Source: Candidatus Saccharimonadota bacterium
GTDB taxonomy: Bacteria > Pseudomonadota > Gammaproteobacteria > Enterobacterales > Enterobacteriaceae
Assembly: GCF_004296535.1 (NCBI RefSeq)
Contig: NZ_AP018159.1
Span: 120,001 to 152,000, forward strand
Direction: 5' to 3'
DNA length: 32,000 bases
In this document: positions 15,664 to 25,990 of the stretch, in pieces
Numbering within the stretch: position 1 is the first letter of the stretch
How the letters are laid out: each line of letters begins with the position of its first letter
Notes under the pieces: generated by a model
Databases searched by the model: none
Seen by the model: only the letters and a program-made list of their open reading frames with translations
Told to the model about the DNA's origin: nothing
Program-made: the position numbers and the translations under genes

Positions 15664-17922
15664 ATGAGATTTAGTCTAAATTTAATAAAAAATAATTTTA
15701 TTACAGAAACTAAAGTAAACTTAATTAAATTAATAAATAATTTAAAAAAAATAGGAATAGAAATAAATTCTAAAAATAAAATATTTAATAATAAAATTAA
15801 TATTTTTATAGGAAAAATAATTTTTAAAAAAAAAAATAAAAATAATATTTTTTTGTTAAAAATAAAATCAAAATATATAAAATTAATTGATATATATACA
15901 AATATTAGTATATTTAAAAAAGGTCAAATAATTCTATTAATAAAAGAAATTAGTAATATAAATAAAGAAAATAAATATTATATAAGTAATAATGTATTTT
16001 TTAAATTAAATATAAAAAAAATTAAAATAGGAACTAATATTAATAAATTTATAAATATAAATAAAGATACAATATTAGATATTTCAATACCATTTAATAG
16101 ACCTGATTGTACAAATATTTTAGGTTTACTAAGAGAAATAAATAAAACAAAATTTTTAAATAAATATAAAAATAATAATATTAAAAATATTTGTAATAAT
16201 GATATATATAAAATTGATTTAGATATAAAATGTAATAATTTTATATATTATTATAATTATATAATTAAAGATTTAAATATAAATAATAGCACTTCTATAA
16301 TAATAAAAAATATTTTAAATATACATAATATTAATATAAAAAATAATATAGAAGATATAGTAAAGTATGTATTTTTGCAAACTGGTTATTATGTTCATAT
16401 TATAGATTATGAATTTATAAAAAATAATAAAATAATAATAGAATGCATAAAAAATGAAAAAAATGAATGTGGAATATTAAATATTAAAAATAATAATTTT
16501 TCATTTATTCCAAATATAGAAAATAATATTTTTATAAATAAAAATACAAAAGAAATATTTATAGGATGTATAATATTTATTCCAAATAATATAAATGATT
16601 ATTTATATAATAAATATTTAAAAAATAATTATTATAAATTATTAAATAATACTGATCCCTTTTTTGTTGATATTTTAATGAATAATTTATCAAAATTAAT
16701 TATAAATACATATGGAGGAATATGTAAAAATAAAATAAAAATATTTAACAATAAAATTAAAAATAAAATTATAAATATTAATTTTGATAAAATAAGAAAA
16801 ATTATAGGATTGCCTATAAGAAATTGTACTATAATTAATATTTTAAAAAAAATATATTGTAAATATAAAATAATAAAAAACAATTTAACAATTAATATAC
16901 CATATTATAGATCAGATTTAAATTATGAAGAAGATATAATAGAAGAAGTATTAAAAAATTATAATATAAATAATATCCCATGTAAAAAAATATTATCTAA
17001 TTTAAATATTAATAATTATGATGCAAATGAATATTTAAATAAAATTAAAAATTTTCTAGTATTTAATGGATATAATGAAGTTATAAACTTTAGTATATCA
17101 AATAGTAAATTACAAAAAATATTTTATAAAAAAAATAAATTTGTATATATAAAAAATCCTTTATCAAATAAACTTAATACAATGAGAATATCATTATTAA
17201 CAGGATTGTTAAATAATGTTATATATAATATAAATAGAAAAATATATAAAATAAAAATATTTGAAATAGGTAATTGTTTTGAAAATAATAATAAATTTAT
17301 AGAAACAGAATTTTTATCTACATTAAATTTAATAAATAATGATTTTATAAAAAATGATATATCTTATGATAATATATTTAATAAAATCAAATCAGAAATA
17401 GAAGATATTTTATTATTATTTATTAATAATAACGATTTTTTTTTTAAAAAAAAAAATGTATATTTTTTAAATAAAAATAACAGCATATATATATATAATA
17501 AAAAAAAAATATTAGGAATTTTAGGAATATTAAATAATAAATTAATAAAAAATAAAAATATAAATAATTATTCAATAATATATTCTGAAATAAATTTAAG
17601 TTATTTAAAAAATATAAAAAAAAATATTAAAAATAATAATGTTAATAATAATATATCGAAATTTAATTTAATTGATAGAGATATATCAATAGAAATTAAT
17701 TTAAATATTAATATAGATAATATAATAGCTAGCTTATATTCATATAATTCAAATATTTATAAAATTGAAATTAAAGAATTTTATATTAAAAATAATAATA
17801 AATGTCTTTTATTAAGAATTTATATTAAATATATTAAACATATAAAAAATAGTTATATAAATAAGTTTATTATCTCTTGTTTAGAATATTTAAAAAAGAA
17901 ATTTAACATTTATTATAAATAA
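15664..17922 (+). CDS. pheT: phenylalanine--tRNA ligase beta subunit (highly diverged, N/K/I-rich)
   Basis: 752 aa, directly after pheS. Recognisable PheT segments (NRPDCxxxxGxxRE, PYYRxDL..EEDxxEE, NPLSxxxxxMRxSLLxGLL, FEIG). The call rests mainly on synteny and size. Confidence 0.8.
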   Translation: MRFSLNLIKNNFITETKVNLIKLINNLKKIGIEINSKNKIFNNKINIFIGKIIFKKKNKNNIFLLKIKSKYIKLIDIYTNISIFKKGQIILLIKEISNINKENKYYISNNVFFKLNIKKIKIGTNINKFININKDTILDISIPFNRPDCTNILGLLREINKTKFLNKYKNNNIKNICNNDIYKIDLDIKCNNFIYYYNYIIKDLNINNSTSIIIKNILNIHNINIKNNIEDIVKYVFLQTGYYVHIIDYEFIKNNKIIIECIKNEKNECGILNIKNNNFSFIPNIENNIFINKNTKEIFIGCIIFIPNNINDYLYNKYLKNNYYKLLNNTDPFFVDILMNNLSKLIINTYGGICKNKIKIFNNKIKNKIININFDKIRKIIGLPIRNCTIINILKKIYCKYKIIKNNLTINIPYYRSDLNYEEDIIEEVLKNYNINNIPCKKILSNLNINNYDANEYLNKIKNFLVFNGYNEVINFSISNSKLQKIFYKKNKFVYIKNPLSNKLNTMRISLLTGLLNNVIYNINRKIYKIKIFEIGNCFENNNKFIETEFLSTLNLINNDFIKNDISYDNIFNKIKSEIEDILLLFINNNDFFFKKKNVYFLNKNNSIYIYNKKKILGILGILNNKLIKNKNINNYSIIYSEINLSYLKNIKKNIKNNNVNNNISKFNLIDRDISIEINLNINIDNIIASLYSYNSNIYKIEIKEFYIKNNNKCLLLRIYIKYIKHIKNSYINKFIISCLEYLKKKFNIYYK

Positions 17923-17951
17923 ATATTATTAAAAATTTAATAAATTTTTTT

Positions 17952-19166
17952 ATGTATTGTGTAAAAAAAATAAGATCATATTTTCCTATTTTTAAAAAAA
18001 AAAATAGATTATATTTAGATAATGCTGCTAGCACATATAAACCAATAAGCGTTATTAATAAAGAATATAATTTTTATAAATATGAATATTTATCATATAA
18101 TAAAAGTTTATATAGTAATTCATTAAATAATAAAGTAGAGTATACTAGAAAAATAATTTCCAAATTTATAAATTCTAATTATAATGAAATAATATTCACT
18201 AAAGGAGCTACAGAAAGTATAAATTTAGTTTCAAACTCATTATTATATAATAATGAGTTTTTAAAAAAAGGTGATAATATAATAATTTCAAATATAGAAC
18301 ATCATTCTAATTTTGTTACATGGAAATTTTTATTAAAAAAAAAAAATATAGAAATTAAAATTTTACCTATTAATAAAAAAAATGGTTATTTTAAAAAAAA
18401 TTTTTTAAAAAAAATTATAAATAATAAAACTAAATTTATTTCAATAACTCATGTTTCAAATGTTTTAGGAGTATTAAATGATATAGAAGAAATAATTTGT
18501 ATTATTAAAAATATAAACAAAAATATATTAGTTTTAGTAGATGGATCTCAAGCTATATCACATATAAAAGTTGATGTTAAAAAAATAAATTGTGATTTTT
18601 ATGTTTTTTCTGGTCATAAAATGTATGGACCACTGGGTATAGGAATTTTATATGGAAAAAAAAAAATTTTAGATAAAATGAAACCTTGGCAATTAGGAGG
18701 GTCAATAATTAAAAATATATATAATAATAAAATTATTTTTGTTGATTCACCTTGGAAATTTGAAACTGGAACAATGAATTCAGCATCTGTAATAGGCATT
18801 AATGAATCTATAAAATTTATTAATAAAATAGGAATAAATAATATTTATAATTGGGAAAATAAAATATTAGAATATTCTATAAATAAATTAAAAAAAATTA
18901 AAGATATTATTATTTATTGTGATAATATTTATAATAAATTAAGTATAATATCATTTAATATAAAAAATATAAATTGTAATGATATAGGGTTTTTATTAAA
19001 AAATTCTAATATATATATTAGAACAGGACATCAATGTTCAATACCAATAATGAATTTATATAAAATATCAGGAGTATGTAGAATATCATATGCTATGTAC
19101 ACAAATTTTGATGATATAGATTTTTTTATAGAAAATCTAAAATTTATTAAAAAAAAATTTTTTTAA
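17952..19166 (+). CDS. sufS: cysteine desulfurase SufS (class II aminotransferase V)
   Basis: 404 aa; matches YLDNAAxT, HHSNxVxW, ITHVSNVLG, VDGxQAxxH, DFYxFSGHKMYGPxGIGxLYG (PLP Lys), FExGT, RTGHQCxxP (catalytic Cys). Confidence 0.9.
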   Translation: MYCVKKIRSYFPIFKKKNRLYLDNAASTYKPISVINKEYNFYKYEYLSYNKSLYSNSLNNKVEYTRKIISKFINSNYNEIIFTKGATESINLVSNSLLYNNEFLKKGDNIIISNIEHHSNFVTWKFLLKKKNIEIKILPINKKNGYFKKNFLKKIINNKTKFISITHVSNVLGVLNDIEEIICIIKNINKNILVLVDGSQAISHIKVDVKKINCDFYVFSGHKMYGPLGIGILYGKKKILDKMKPWQLGGSIIKNIYNNKIIFVDSPWKFETGTMNSASVIGINESIKFINKIGINNIYNWENKILEYSINKLKKIKDIIIYCDNIYNKLSIISFNIKNINCNDIGFLLKNSNIYIRTGHQCSIPIMNLYKISGVCRISYAMYTNFDDIDFFIENLKFIKKKFF

Positions 19167-19168
19167 AA

Positions 19169-19615
19169 ATGTTAAATAATAATTTTATTTTAATAAAATC
19201 TATTAATAATTCTAATACAAATATTAATAATATATTATATGATTTTAATAAAATTAATAATCTAATAGATAAATATAAATATATTATAAAATTAGAGAAA
19301 AATTTACTAAAAGATAATAGTATTAGAAATAAAAATACTATTATAAATTCATGTGATAGTAATATATGGTTTTATTGTTTATATAATAATAAAAGAATAA
19401 TAATGTTTTCTGATAGTGAATCTTTAATTATGAAAGGATTAATTTCAATTATCCATATATATTTTAATAATAAAAATATTGATTTTTTTTTAAATAAAAA
19501 AAATATTCATTATATAATAGAAAATATTTTTATAAAAAAATTAAAAATTAAAAATTACAAATTTATAAATATATATCAATTTATGAAATATAAAATTTTA
19601 AAAATAATAAAATAA
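19169..19615 (+). CDS. sufE: sulfur acceptor protein SufE
   Basis: 148 aa, immediately after sufS. CDSNIWF matches the E. coli SufE Cys51 region (CQSQVW). The rest is diverged. Confidence 0.7.
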   Translation: MLNNNFILIKSINNSNTNINNILYDFNKINNLIDKYKYIIKLEKNLLKDNSIRNKNTIINSCDSNIWFYCLYNNKRIIMFSDSESLIMKGLISIIHIYFNNKNIDFFLNKKNIHYIIENIFIKKLKIKNYKFINIYQFMKYKILKIIK

Positions 19616-19783
19616 TAAAAAAAATAAATTTATTATAACTCTAATATTTTATTATTTTTTTTATATAATAAGATATTATTTATTATTTTATAAATTTTTT
19701 TTATTTTATAAAATATTTAAAAAATAAAATATTATTTTATAATAATATTTAAAACAATAATAAAATAATAAAATAATAAAAAA

Positions 19784-20236
19784 ATGTCAATTTTAAGTAT
19801 ATTAATTTATCCCGATGAAAATTTAAGAAAAAAAGCAGAATTAGTTTCTGATAAAGAAAATTTAAATGAAATAAATATTTTTGTAAAAAATATGTTTGAT
19901 ACAATGTATTATTATAATGGAATAGGCTTATCGGCTACTCAAGTCAATATACATAAACAAATAATAACTATAGATATAGATAATAATAAAATAGTTTTAA
20001 TTAATCCTATAATAAAAAATAAAAAAGGTTATGTTAGTTTTTGTGAAGGATGTTTATCTATACCTAATTTTTTTTTAAATATAATAAGATATAAAAATAT
20101 AGAAATTGAATATTTAGATATAGATTTAAAAAAAAAAAAGTTAAAAGCAAGTAACATATTGTCTTCATGTATACAACATGAAATAGATCATTTATATGGA
20201 ATTTTAATAATAGATCATTTAAAAAAAAATAAATAA
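19784..20236 (+). CDS. def: peptide deformylase
   Basis: 150 aa; all three Def motifs are present: GIGLSATQ, EGCLS, QHEIDH. Confidence 0.95.
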   Translation: MSILSILIYPDENLRKKAELVSDKENLNEINIFVKNMFDTMYYYNGIGLSATQVNIHKQIITIDIDNNKIVLINPIIKNKKGYVSFCEGCLSIPNFFLNIIRYKNIEIEYLDIDLKKKKLKASNILSSCIQHEIDHLYGILIIDHLKKNK

Positions 20237-20240
20237 AAAA

Positions 20241-21167
20241 ATGTTTTTAAAAAAAAATAATTTAAAAATAATTTTTATGGGTTCTTGTTATTTTTCTTTG
20301 AATCAATTATTTATTTTAAATAAAAAATATATTATATCTTTAATTATTTTTAAAGAAAAAATTAATTTTTATAAAATAAAAGAATTTGCTATAAAAAATA
20401 AAATATTTTTTTTAAAAATAAAAAATTTTTCCAATGAAATTATTAATATAATAAAAAACATTAATCCAGATATAATTATAGTTTCATCTTTTGGTTTATT
20501 ATTAAATAATACTATATTAAATATTCCAAAGTACGGATGTATAAATATTCATCCATCATTATTACCAAGTTTAAAAGGACCTGCTCCAATATATTGGGCT
20601 ATAATTAAAAATTATAAATACACAGGAATATCTATTATAAAAATGAATGATATATTTGATAATGGAAATATAATATTTCAAATTAAATATAAAATAAAAA
20701 AACATTTTGATTATAAATATCTATCAAATAAATTATCTAATATGTCTGGTATTGTATTAAATAATATATTAGAAAAAATAGAATATTATATTAATTTAAA
20801 AGTAAAAAATAATTATATAGAAAGTTATGCTAGAAAAATTACAAAAAGTGATGCATTATTAAATTTTAATAATAATTCATTTTTAGAATATAAAAAAATA
20901 AAATCTTTTAATATATGGCCAATATGTTATTTTATTTTTAATGATAAAAAAATTAAAATAATAGATTCAAAATATAGATTTAGTAAAATTAAATTTAATA
21001 AAAAAATAGGAAATATATTTTTTTTTAAAAAAAAAGTATTTATAATATTAAAATATGGGTTATTAGAAATAATTAAAATAAAAATACAAAATAAAAAAAA
21101 TATATTATATATGAGAAACGATATATTTACTTTTTTTAATAATTTAAAAAAGAAAACTATTTTTTAA
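20241..21167 (+). CDS. fmt: methionyl-tRNA formyltransferase
   Basis: 308 aa, after def; matches IIFMG, CINIHPSLLPxxxGxAPI, TGxSIxxMxxxxDxGxI. The C-terminal domain is diverged. Confidence 0.85.
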   Translation: MFLKKNNLKIIFMGSCYFSLNQLFILNKKYIISLIIFKEKINFYKIKEFAIKNKIFFLKIKNFSNEIINIIKNINPDIIIVSSFGLLLNNTILNIPKYGCINIHPSLLPSLKGPAPIYWAIIKNYKYTGISIIKMNDIFDNGNIIFQIKYKIKKHFDYKYLSNKLSNMSGIVLNNILEKIEYYINLKVKNNYIESYARKITKSDALLNFNNNSFLEYKKIKSFNIWPICYFIFNDKKIKIIDSKYRFSKIKFNKKIGNIFFFKKKVFIILKYGLLEIIKIKIQNKKNILYMRNDIFTFFNNLKKKTIF

Positions 21168-21519
21168 TATTTATTATTATATAAACCATATTAGCATTAT
21201 CTCCATTTCTGAATTTATAATATTTTATAATTTTTGTATATCCTCCATTAATATTAGAAAAATATTTTCCAAATACATTAATTGTTTTTTTTGTATTTTC
21301 CATATTTCTTATTTTTGAAAATATTATTCTTTTATTATGTAGACAATTTTTTTTTGATATGTTTATTATTTTTTCTATAACTCTTCTTAGCTCTTTTGCT
21401 TTTTGTAAAGTTGTTTTTATTTTTTCATATTTTATTAAAGAATTACACATATTCCTTAACATTAATTTATAATGACTTCTAGTTCTATTTAAATGTCTAC
21501 CTATTATTTTATGATTCAT
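21157..21519 (-). CDS. rplQ: 50S ribosomal protein L17
   Basis: 120 aa; GRxLNRxxSHxxxMxRNMxxSLxxxExIKTTLxKAKELRRVxE, GGYTxIxK. Overlaps the fmt 3' end by 11 nt (convergent). Confidence 0.95.
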   Translation of the reverse strand: MNHKIIGRHLNRTRSHYKLMLRNMCNSLIKYEKIKTTLQKAKELRRVIEKIINISKKNCLHNKRIIFSKIRNMENTKKTINVFGKYFSNINGGYTKIIKYYKFRNGDNANMVYIIINIKK

Positions 21520-21538
21520 AAAAATTCTAAAAATTTTT

Positions 21539-22555
21539 TTATTTTTTTAAATTTAATAAATTTTTATCATTTATATTCATTCCTAATTTTAATTCATATA
21601 ATGATAATATATTTTTAATTTCTAGTAAAGATTTTTTACCTAAATTTGGTATTTTTAATAATTCAAATTCTGTTTTTGAAACTAGATCATATACATAGTT
21701 TATAGATTCTAATTTTAAACAATTATATGATCTTACAGTTAAATCTAAATTATCTATAGATTTAAATAATATTGGATTTACATTATTTTTTTCTAAATTA
21801 TTATTATTTTTTATTATTATTTTTTCATTATTATTATTATTAATATTATTATTATAATTATTAAAATTAAAAATATTTAATTTATTTATTAATAATTTAG
21901 AAGCATACTCTATAGCATATTTTGAATCTATAGTTCCATTCGTAATTATATGAATTATTAATTTATCTAAATCTAAATTTTCTTTGAATTTAGTTGTTTC
22001 TATTTTATAAGATACATTTTCTATTGGATTATATATAGCATCTATAAATATTTTATGAGACATTATATTCTTTTCATTATAATTAATATATTTATTATTG
22101 ATTTCTGATGATGATATATATCCAATTCCTTTTTGTATTTTCATTTTTATATTTATAGAAACATCATTTTTTGTTATATTACATATAACATGATCTTTAT
22201 TATATATAAAAAATTCTTTATCTGAAGTTATATCACTAGATTTTACAGGACCAATTTCATTTTTATATATATTTAATATACCTATATCATCATTAATTAA
22301 TTTTATTGATATTTCTTTTATATTTAATATTATATTAATAATATCTTCCTTTATACCATATTTATTAGAATATTCATGAAATATATTATCTATTTCAATT
22401 TCAGTTATAGCATATCCTGGTATTGATGATAATAATATTCTTCTCATAGAATTTCCTATTGTATGTCCAAATCCTTTTTCTAATGGGCTTAATGTTATAA
22501 TTGATTCTTTTTTGCTTATATTTTCTACATTTATATTAGTATCTAAATTTTTCAT
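21539..22555 (-). CDS. rpoA: DNA-directed RNA polymerase alpha subunit
   Basis: 338 aa; matches PLExGFGxTxGNxxRRxLLSSxPG, NTD motifs, and the CTD motifs LDLTVRSxNCLK and [12 protein letters not shown]. Confidence 0.95.
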   Translation of the reverse strand: MKNLDTNINVENISKKESIITLSPLEKGFGHTIGNSMRRILLSSIPGYAITEIEIDNIFHEYSNKYGIKEDIINIILNIKEISIKLINDDIGILNIYKNEIGPVKSSDITSDKEFFIYNKDHVICNITKNDVSINIKMKIQKGIGYISSSEINNKYINYNEKNIMSHKIFIDAIYNPIENVSYKIETTKFKENLDLDKLIIHIITNGTIDSKYAIEYASKLLINKLNIFNFNNYNNNINNNNNEKIIIKNNNNLEKNNVNPILFKSIDNLDLTVRSYNCLKLESINYVYDLVSKTEFELLKIPNLGKKSLLEIKNILSLYELKLGMNINDKNLLNLKK

Positions 22556-22584
22556 AAATTTTATAAATTAATTTTATTAAAAAT

Positions 22585-23205
22585 TTATCTAGAGTAAAAT
22601 TCTATTATTAAATTTTCATTTATTTCTTTTAAAAATTCCTTTCTATCTGGTATATATAAAAAAAAACCATATAATTCATTCTCATTTATATTAACCCATG
22701 GAATATTCTCTCTATTTTTCATTAAATTTATAGAAAATTTTATTTTTACATTGTTTATCATTTTTTCAGATAATTCTATTTTAGAATTAGGTAATAAATT
22801 ATAAGAAGGTATATTTATTATTTTACCATTTACTTTTATTAATTTATGATTTATTAATTGTCTTGATTCTAATCTAGTAGACCCAAATCCCATTCTATAT
22901 ACAATATTATCTAATCTTGATTCTAACATTTGTAATAATACTACACCAGTATTTCTTTTTTTCTTTATAGATTTTTTATAATAATTATAAAATTGTTTTT
23001 CTAATATACAATATATTCTTTTTAATTTTTGTTTTTCTCTTAATTGTATAGAATAATTAGAAATTCTTGATTTTCTTAGATGAATTTGTCCAGGAGTTTG
23101 ATTTATTTTACATTTATTTTCTATATTTTTTATTCCAGATTTTAAATATAAATCAGTTTTTTCTCTTCTAATTAGTTTTAATTTAGGACCGATATATTTA
23201 GACAT
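22585..23205 (-). CDS. rpsD: 30S ribosomal protein S4
   Basis: 206 aa; YxGPKLKLxRRExTDLxLKSG, QLREKQKxxRIY, LExRLDNxVYRMGFGxTR. Confidence 0.95.
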   Translation of the reverse strand: MSKYIGPKLKLIRREKTDLYLKSGIKNIENKCKINQTPGQIHLRKSRISNYSIQLREKQKLKRIYCILEKQFYNYYKKSIKKKRNTGVVLLQMLESRLDNIVYRMGFGSTRLESRQLINHKLIKVNGKIINIPSYNLLPNSKIELSEKMINNVKIKFSINLMKNRENIPWVNINENELYGFFLYIPDRKEFLKEINENLIIEFYSR

Positions 23206-23260
23206 ATTTTTTTATATTTTTTTTTAAATTTTAAAAAATTTTTTTTATTTTAATTTAAAA

Positions 23261-23656
23261 TTAAACTCTTCTTTTTTTAGGAGGTTTACATCCATTATGA
23301 GGTATTGGAGTTACATCCATTATACTATTTATTTGAAATCCAGAATTATATATTGCTCTTATAACAGATTCTCTTCCAGGACCAGGACCAGATACTTTAA
23401 CATAAACAAATTCTAATCCATAATTTTCTTTAACATATTTAGAACATTTTTCAGCAGCTATTTGAGCAGCAAACGGAGTTGATTTTCTATGACCTTTAAA
23501 CCCAGAACTGCCAGAAGTTGCCCACCCTAATGTATTTCCATATAAATCAGTTATATTAATTATAGTATTATTAAAAGAAGAATGTATATTTACTATACCT
23601 TCATTAATTTGTTTTCTTTTTTTTTTTATTTTTTTCAAAAATTTTATTTTTTTCAT
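23261..23656 (-). CDS. rpsK: 30S ribosomal protein S11
   Basis: 131 aa; [50 protein letters not shown], GPGPGRES, [17 protein letters not shown]. Confidence 0.96.
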   Translation of the reverse strand: MKKIKFLKKIKKKRKQINEGIVNIHSSFNNTIINITDLYGNTLGWATSGSSGFKGHRKSTPFAAQIAAEKCSKYVKENYGLEFVYVKVSGPGPGRESVIRAIYNSGFQINSIMDVTPIPHNGCKPPKKRRV

Positions 23657-23681
23657 AATTTAAAAAAATTTATTTTCTTTT

Positions 23682-24041
23682 TTAGAAAATTTTATATTTT
23701 TTCCTAGTTTTAGCATTTGTTTTTGTTCTTTGCCCTCTAGTAGGCAATCCTCTTTTATGTCTTATACCTCTATATGATCCTATATTAATTAATCTTTTTA
23801 TATTGGATAATATATTTTTTTTTAAGTCTCCTTCTATATTTATATAAGATATTTCTTTTCTTATTTCATCTATTAATTTTGAATCAATATCACATATTTT
23901 AGTACTATATTTTATATTTAATTTATTACATATTTTTCTAGATGTAGAAATTCCTATTCCAAAAATATAAGTTAATGCTATTAATATTTGTTTATTATCA
24001 GGAATATTAACTCCATATATTCTAATCAATTTTAAAACCAA
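23682..24041 (-). CDS. rpsM: 30S ribosomal protein S13
   Basis: 119 aa; GVNIPxxK, GxGxxxxxKI, EGDLxxxxxxxIKRLxxIGxYRGxRHxxGLPxRGQRTKTNAxTRK. The called start is TTG at 24041. A second in-frame TTG at 24029 would give an N-terminus of the same length as E. coli (MxRIxGxNIP), so the start is uncertain. Confidence 0.93.
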   Translation of the reverse strand: MVLKLIRIYGVNIPDNKQILIALTYIFGIGISTSRKICNKLNIKYSTKICDIDSKLIDEIRKEISYINIEGDLKKNILSNIKRLINIGSYRGIRHKRGLPTRGQRTKTNAKTRKKYKIF

Positions 24042-24073
24042 TTTTTGTTCAAAAAAAAATAAAAAAATTTTTT

Positions 24074-24190
24074 TTATTTTTGTCTTTGTTTATGTTTTTG
24101 ATTTTTATTACATATAACTCTAATTATACTATTTCTTTTAATTATTTTGCAATTATTACAAATTTTTTTAATAGAAACTCTTACTTTCAT
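24074..24190 (-). CDS. rpmJ: 50S ribosomal protein L36 (not in the supplied ORF track)
   Basis: Manual minus-strand translation gives [38 protein letters not shown] (38 aa), against E. coli L36 [38 protein letters not shown]. Lies in the canonical position between secY and rpsM. Confidence 0.93.
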   Translation of the reverse strand: MKVRVSIKKICNNCKIIKRNSIIRVICNKNQKHKQRQK

Positions 24191-24211
24191 ATAAATATTT
24201 TTTTTAAAAAA

Positions 24212-25540
24212 TTAATAATCTAAATTTAATTTCTTTAATATTAAAGAATATTTATTTGAAATTAAATTATTTTGTAATTGATTTATAATTTCTATAGAAA
24301 TAACAACAACTATTAATAAAGATGAACCACTCACATTAATTAAATTTATTTTATTTAACATTTCAGTAATAATATATATAAAAAATATATATAAAAAACT
24401 TATAAAAATTAAATTATTAATTATTTTACTTAAATATATTTCAGTATTAATTCCAGGACGTATTCCTGGTATTAATATTCCTGATTTTTTTAGATTGTTG
24501 GACGTATTACTAATATTAAATGATATAAAAGAATATGCATAATTAAATATAAATATTAAAATAGCATAAATTATAATATATGATAATGTTCCTGATTTTA
24601 AAAATAATAATATTAAATTAAATATATTAAATTTTGTATATATATATATGTTATATATCAACATTCTAAAAAATGTAATTAATGTAGAAGAAAATGATAT
24701 TGGCATTATACCTGATATATTAATTTTAATTGGTAAATATGAAGGAGAAAATATATTAGTAAAATTTTTATTAAAAATATATTGTTTTGGGTAGTTTATA
24801 ATTATTTTTCTTTGACTACATTCTATAAAAGTAATTGCATATATTAAAATATATAAAATTATTAGTATTAATATTAATAATATTATTTCAAATTTTATAC
24901 TATTATTAAATATTTTTTTGATTATTTTTGTTACATAAGTTGGTAAATTATTTATTATTCCAATAAATACCATAATTGAGCCTCCATTTCCTATTCCTAT
25001 ATCAGTTATTTTATTAGATAACCATATTAATATAAAAGTTCCTGATATTAAACTAATCATAGAAAATATAAAAGAAATAATATTAATATCAATTATATTG
25101 AATATCCTATTAATACTTAACAAAGTTATAAATGAATTTATAATAGATATTATAAATGTAAATATATATATATATAAATTATATATATTTTTAGAATTAA
25201 AATCATTTTTTAATTTTATAAAATATGGAACAGTATTTGACAAAAATTGAATTAAAATAGTAGAAGATATATAAGGCATCATTCCCATAGAAAATATAGA
25301 AAATTTAACTAAAGACCCTCCAGAAAATAAATTATATATTTTTAATATAGGATGATCATTAAAATCTATAAATTTATTTACTATAAATGACATTTTAATA
25401 TTATATATTGGTATAAATGATCCAATTCTAAATAATATTAAAAATAAAATAATTTTTATAAATTTTTTTCCTATATTAAAAGAAAAAAAATTATACATAT
25501 CTAAATATGTTTTTAAATTTAAATAAAATTTATTATTCAA
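24212..25540 (-). CDS. secY: protein translocase subunit SecY
   Basis: 442 aa, multi-pass hydrophobic protein in the canonical position after rplO. SecY-like segments present (FSxGxxPYISSxIxxQ, GGxSxxxxxGI). The start codon is TTG at 25540-25538. Confidence 0.9.
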   Translation of the reverse strand: MNNKFYLNLKTYLDMYNFFSFNIGKKFIKIILFLILFRIGSFIPIYNIKMSFIVNKFIDFNDHPILKIYNLFSGGSLVKFSIFSMGMMPYISSTILIQFLSNTVPYFIKLKNDFNSKNIYNLYIYIFTFIISIINSFITLLSINRIFNIIDINIISFIFSMISLISGTFILIWLSNKITDIGIGNGGSIMVFIGIINNLPTYVTKIIKKIFNNSIKFEIILLILILIILYILIYAITFIECSQRKIIINYPKQYIFNKNFTNIFSPSYLPIKINISGIMPISFSSTLITFFRMLIYNIYIYTKFNIFNLILLFLKSGTLSYIIIYAILIFIFNYAYSFISFNISNTSNNLKKSGILIPGIRPGINTEIYLSKIINNLIFISFLYIFFIYIITEMLNKINLINVSGSSLLIVVVISIEIINQLQNNLISNKYSLILKKLNLDY

Positions 25541-25970
25541 TTTTACCTCCTATAAGTTTTATATTATTAATTACACCATTAGACAATTTTAATCCAATTA
25601 TTGAAATTGGATTAATAATTTTATCTTTTAATATTATTTTAACTTCTTTTATACTTTTATTTATTAATTTATTTTCTTTTAAAATATCTAAATTTATTAT
25701 ATTAGAATGTATTTTTTTTATATCATTAGTAGTTAATGTTTTTTTATATATATTTTTATTTATATTATTTTTAAATCCATATTTAGGCACTTTTCTATAA
25801 AATGGAGTTTGCCCTCCTTCAAAATTTATTCTTATTTTTGAACCTGATCTAGATTTTTGTCCTTTATGACCTCTTCCTCCAGTTTTTCCATAACCAGAAC
25901 TAATTCCTCTACAAATTCTTTTTTTTTTTTTTTTAGATCCTTTAGAACATTTAATATTATTTAATTTCAT
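25533..25970 (-). CDS. rplO: 50S ribosomal protein L15
   Basis: 145 aa; [24 protein letters not shown], FEGGQxPxxRxxPKxGF, C-terminal GGKIE. Overlaps secY by 8 nt. Confidence 0.95.
   Translation of the reverse strand: MKLNNIKCSKGSKKKKKRICRGISSGYGKTGGRGHKGQKSRSGSKIRINFEGGQTPFYRKVPKYGFKNNINKNIYKKTLTTNDIKKIHSNIINLDILKENKLINKSIKEVKIILKDKIINPISIIGLKLSNGVINNIKLIGGKIE
25545..25550 (-). promoter_or_regulatory. Shine-Dalgarno-like GGAGGT 4 nt upstream of the secY TTG start, embedded in the last codons of rplO
   Basis: The minus-strand sequence reads GGAGGTAAAATTG. The GGAGGT also encodes the conserved Gly-Gly of the L15 C-terminus (GGKIE), so its presence may be due to coding alone. Confidence 0.45.
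25919..25934 (-). repeat. 16-nt homopolymer (T16 on + strand, A16 in rplO mRNA, encoding KKKKK plus the first base of R)
   Basis: Counted directly at 25919-25934. Lies at codons 13-18 of rplO. Confidence 0.95.
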
Positions 25971-25990
25971 ATAAATATTTTTTTTATATT

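Noticed and set aside
21750-21900. Asn-rich stretch in RpoA ([26 protein letters not shown]), considered as a possible insertion.
   Set aside because: It occupies the flexible NTD-CTD linker and is about the same length as the E. coli linker. It reflects compositional drift (AAT codons), not an inserted element.
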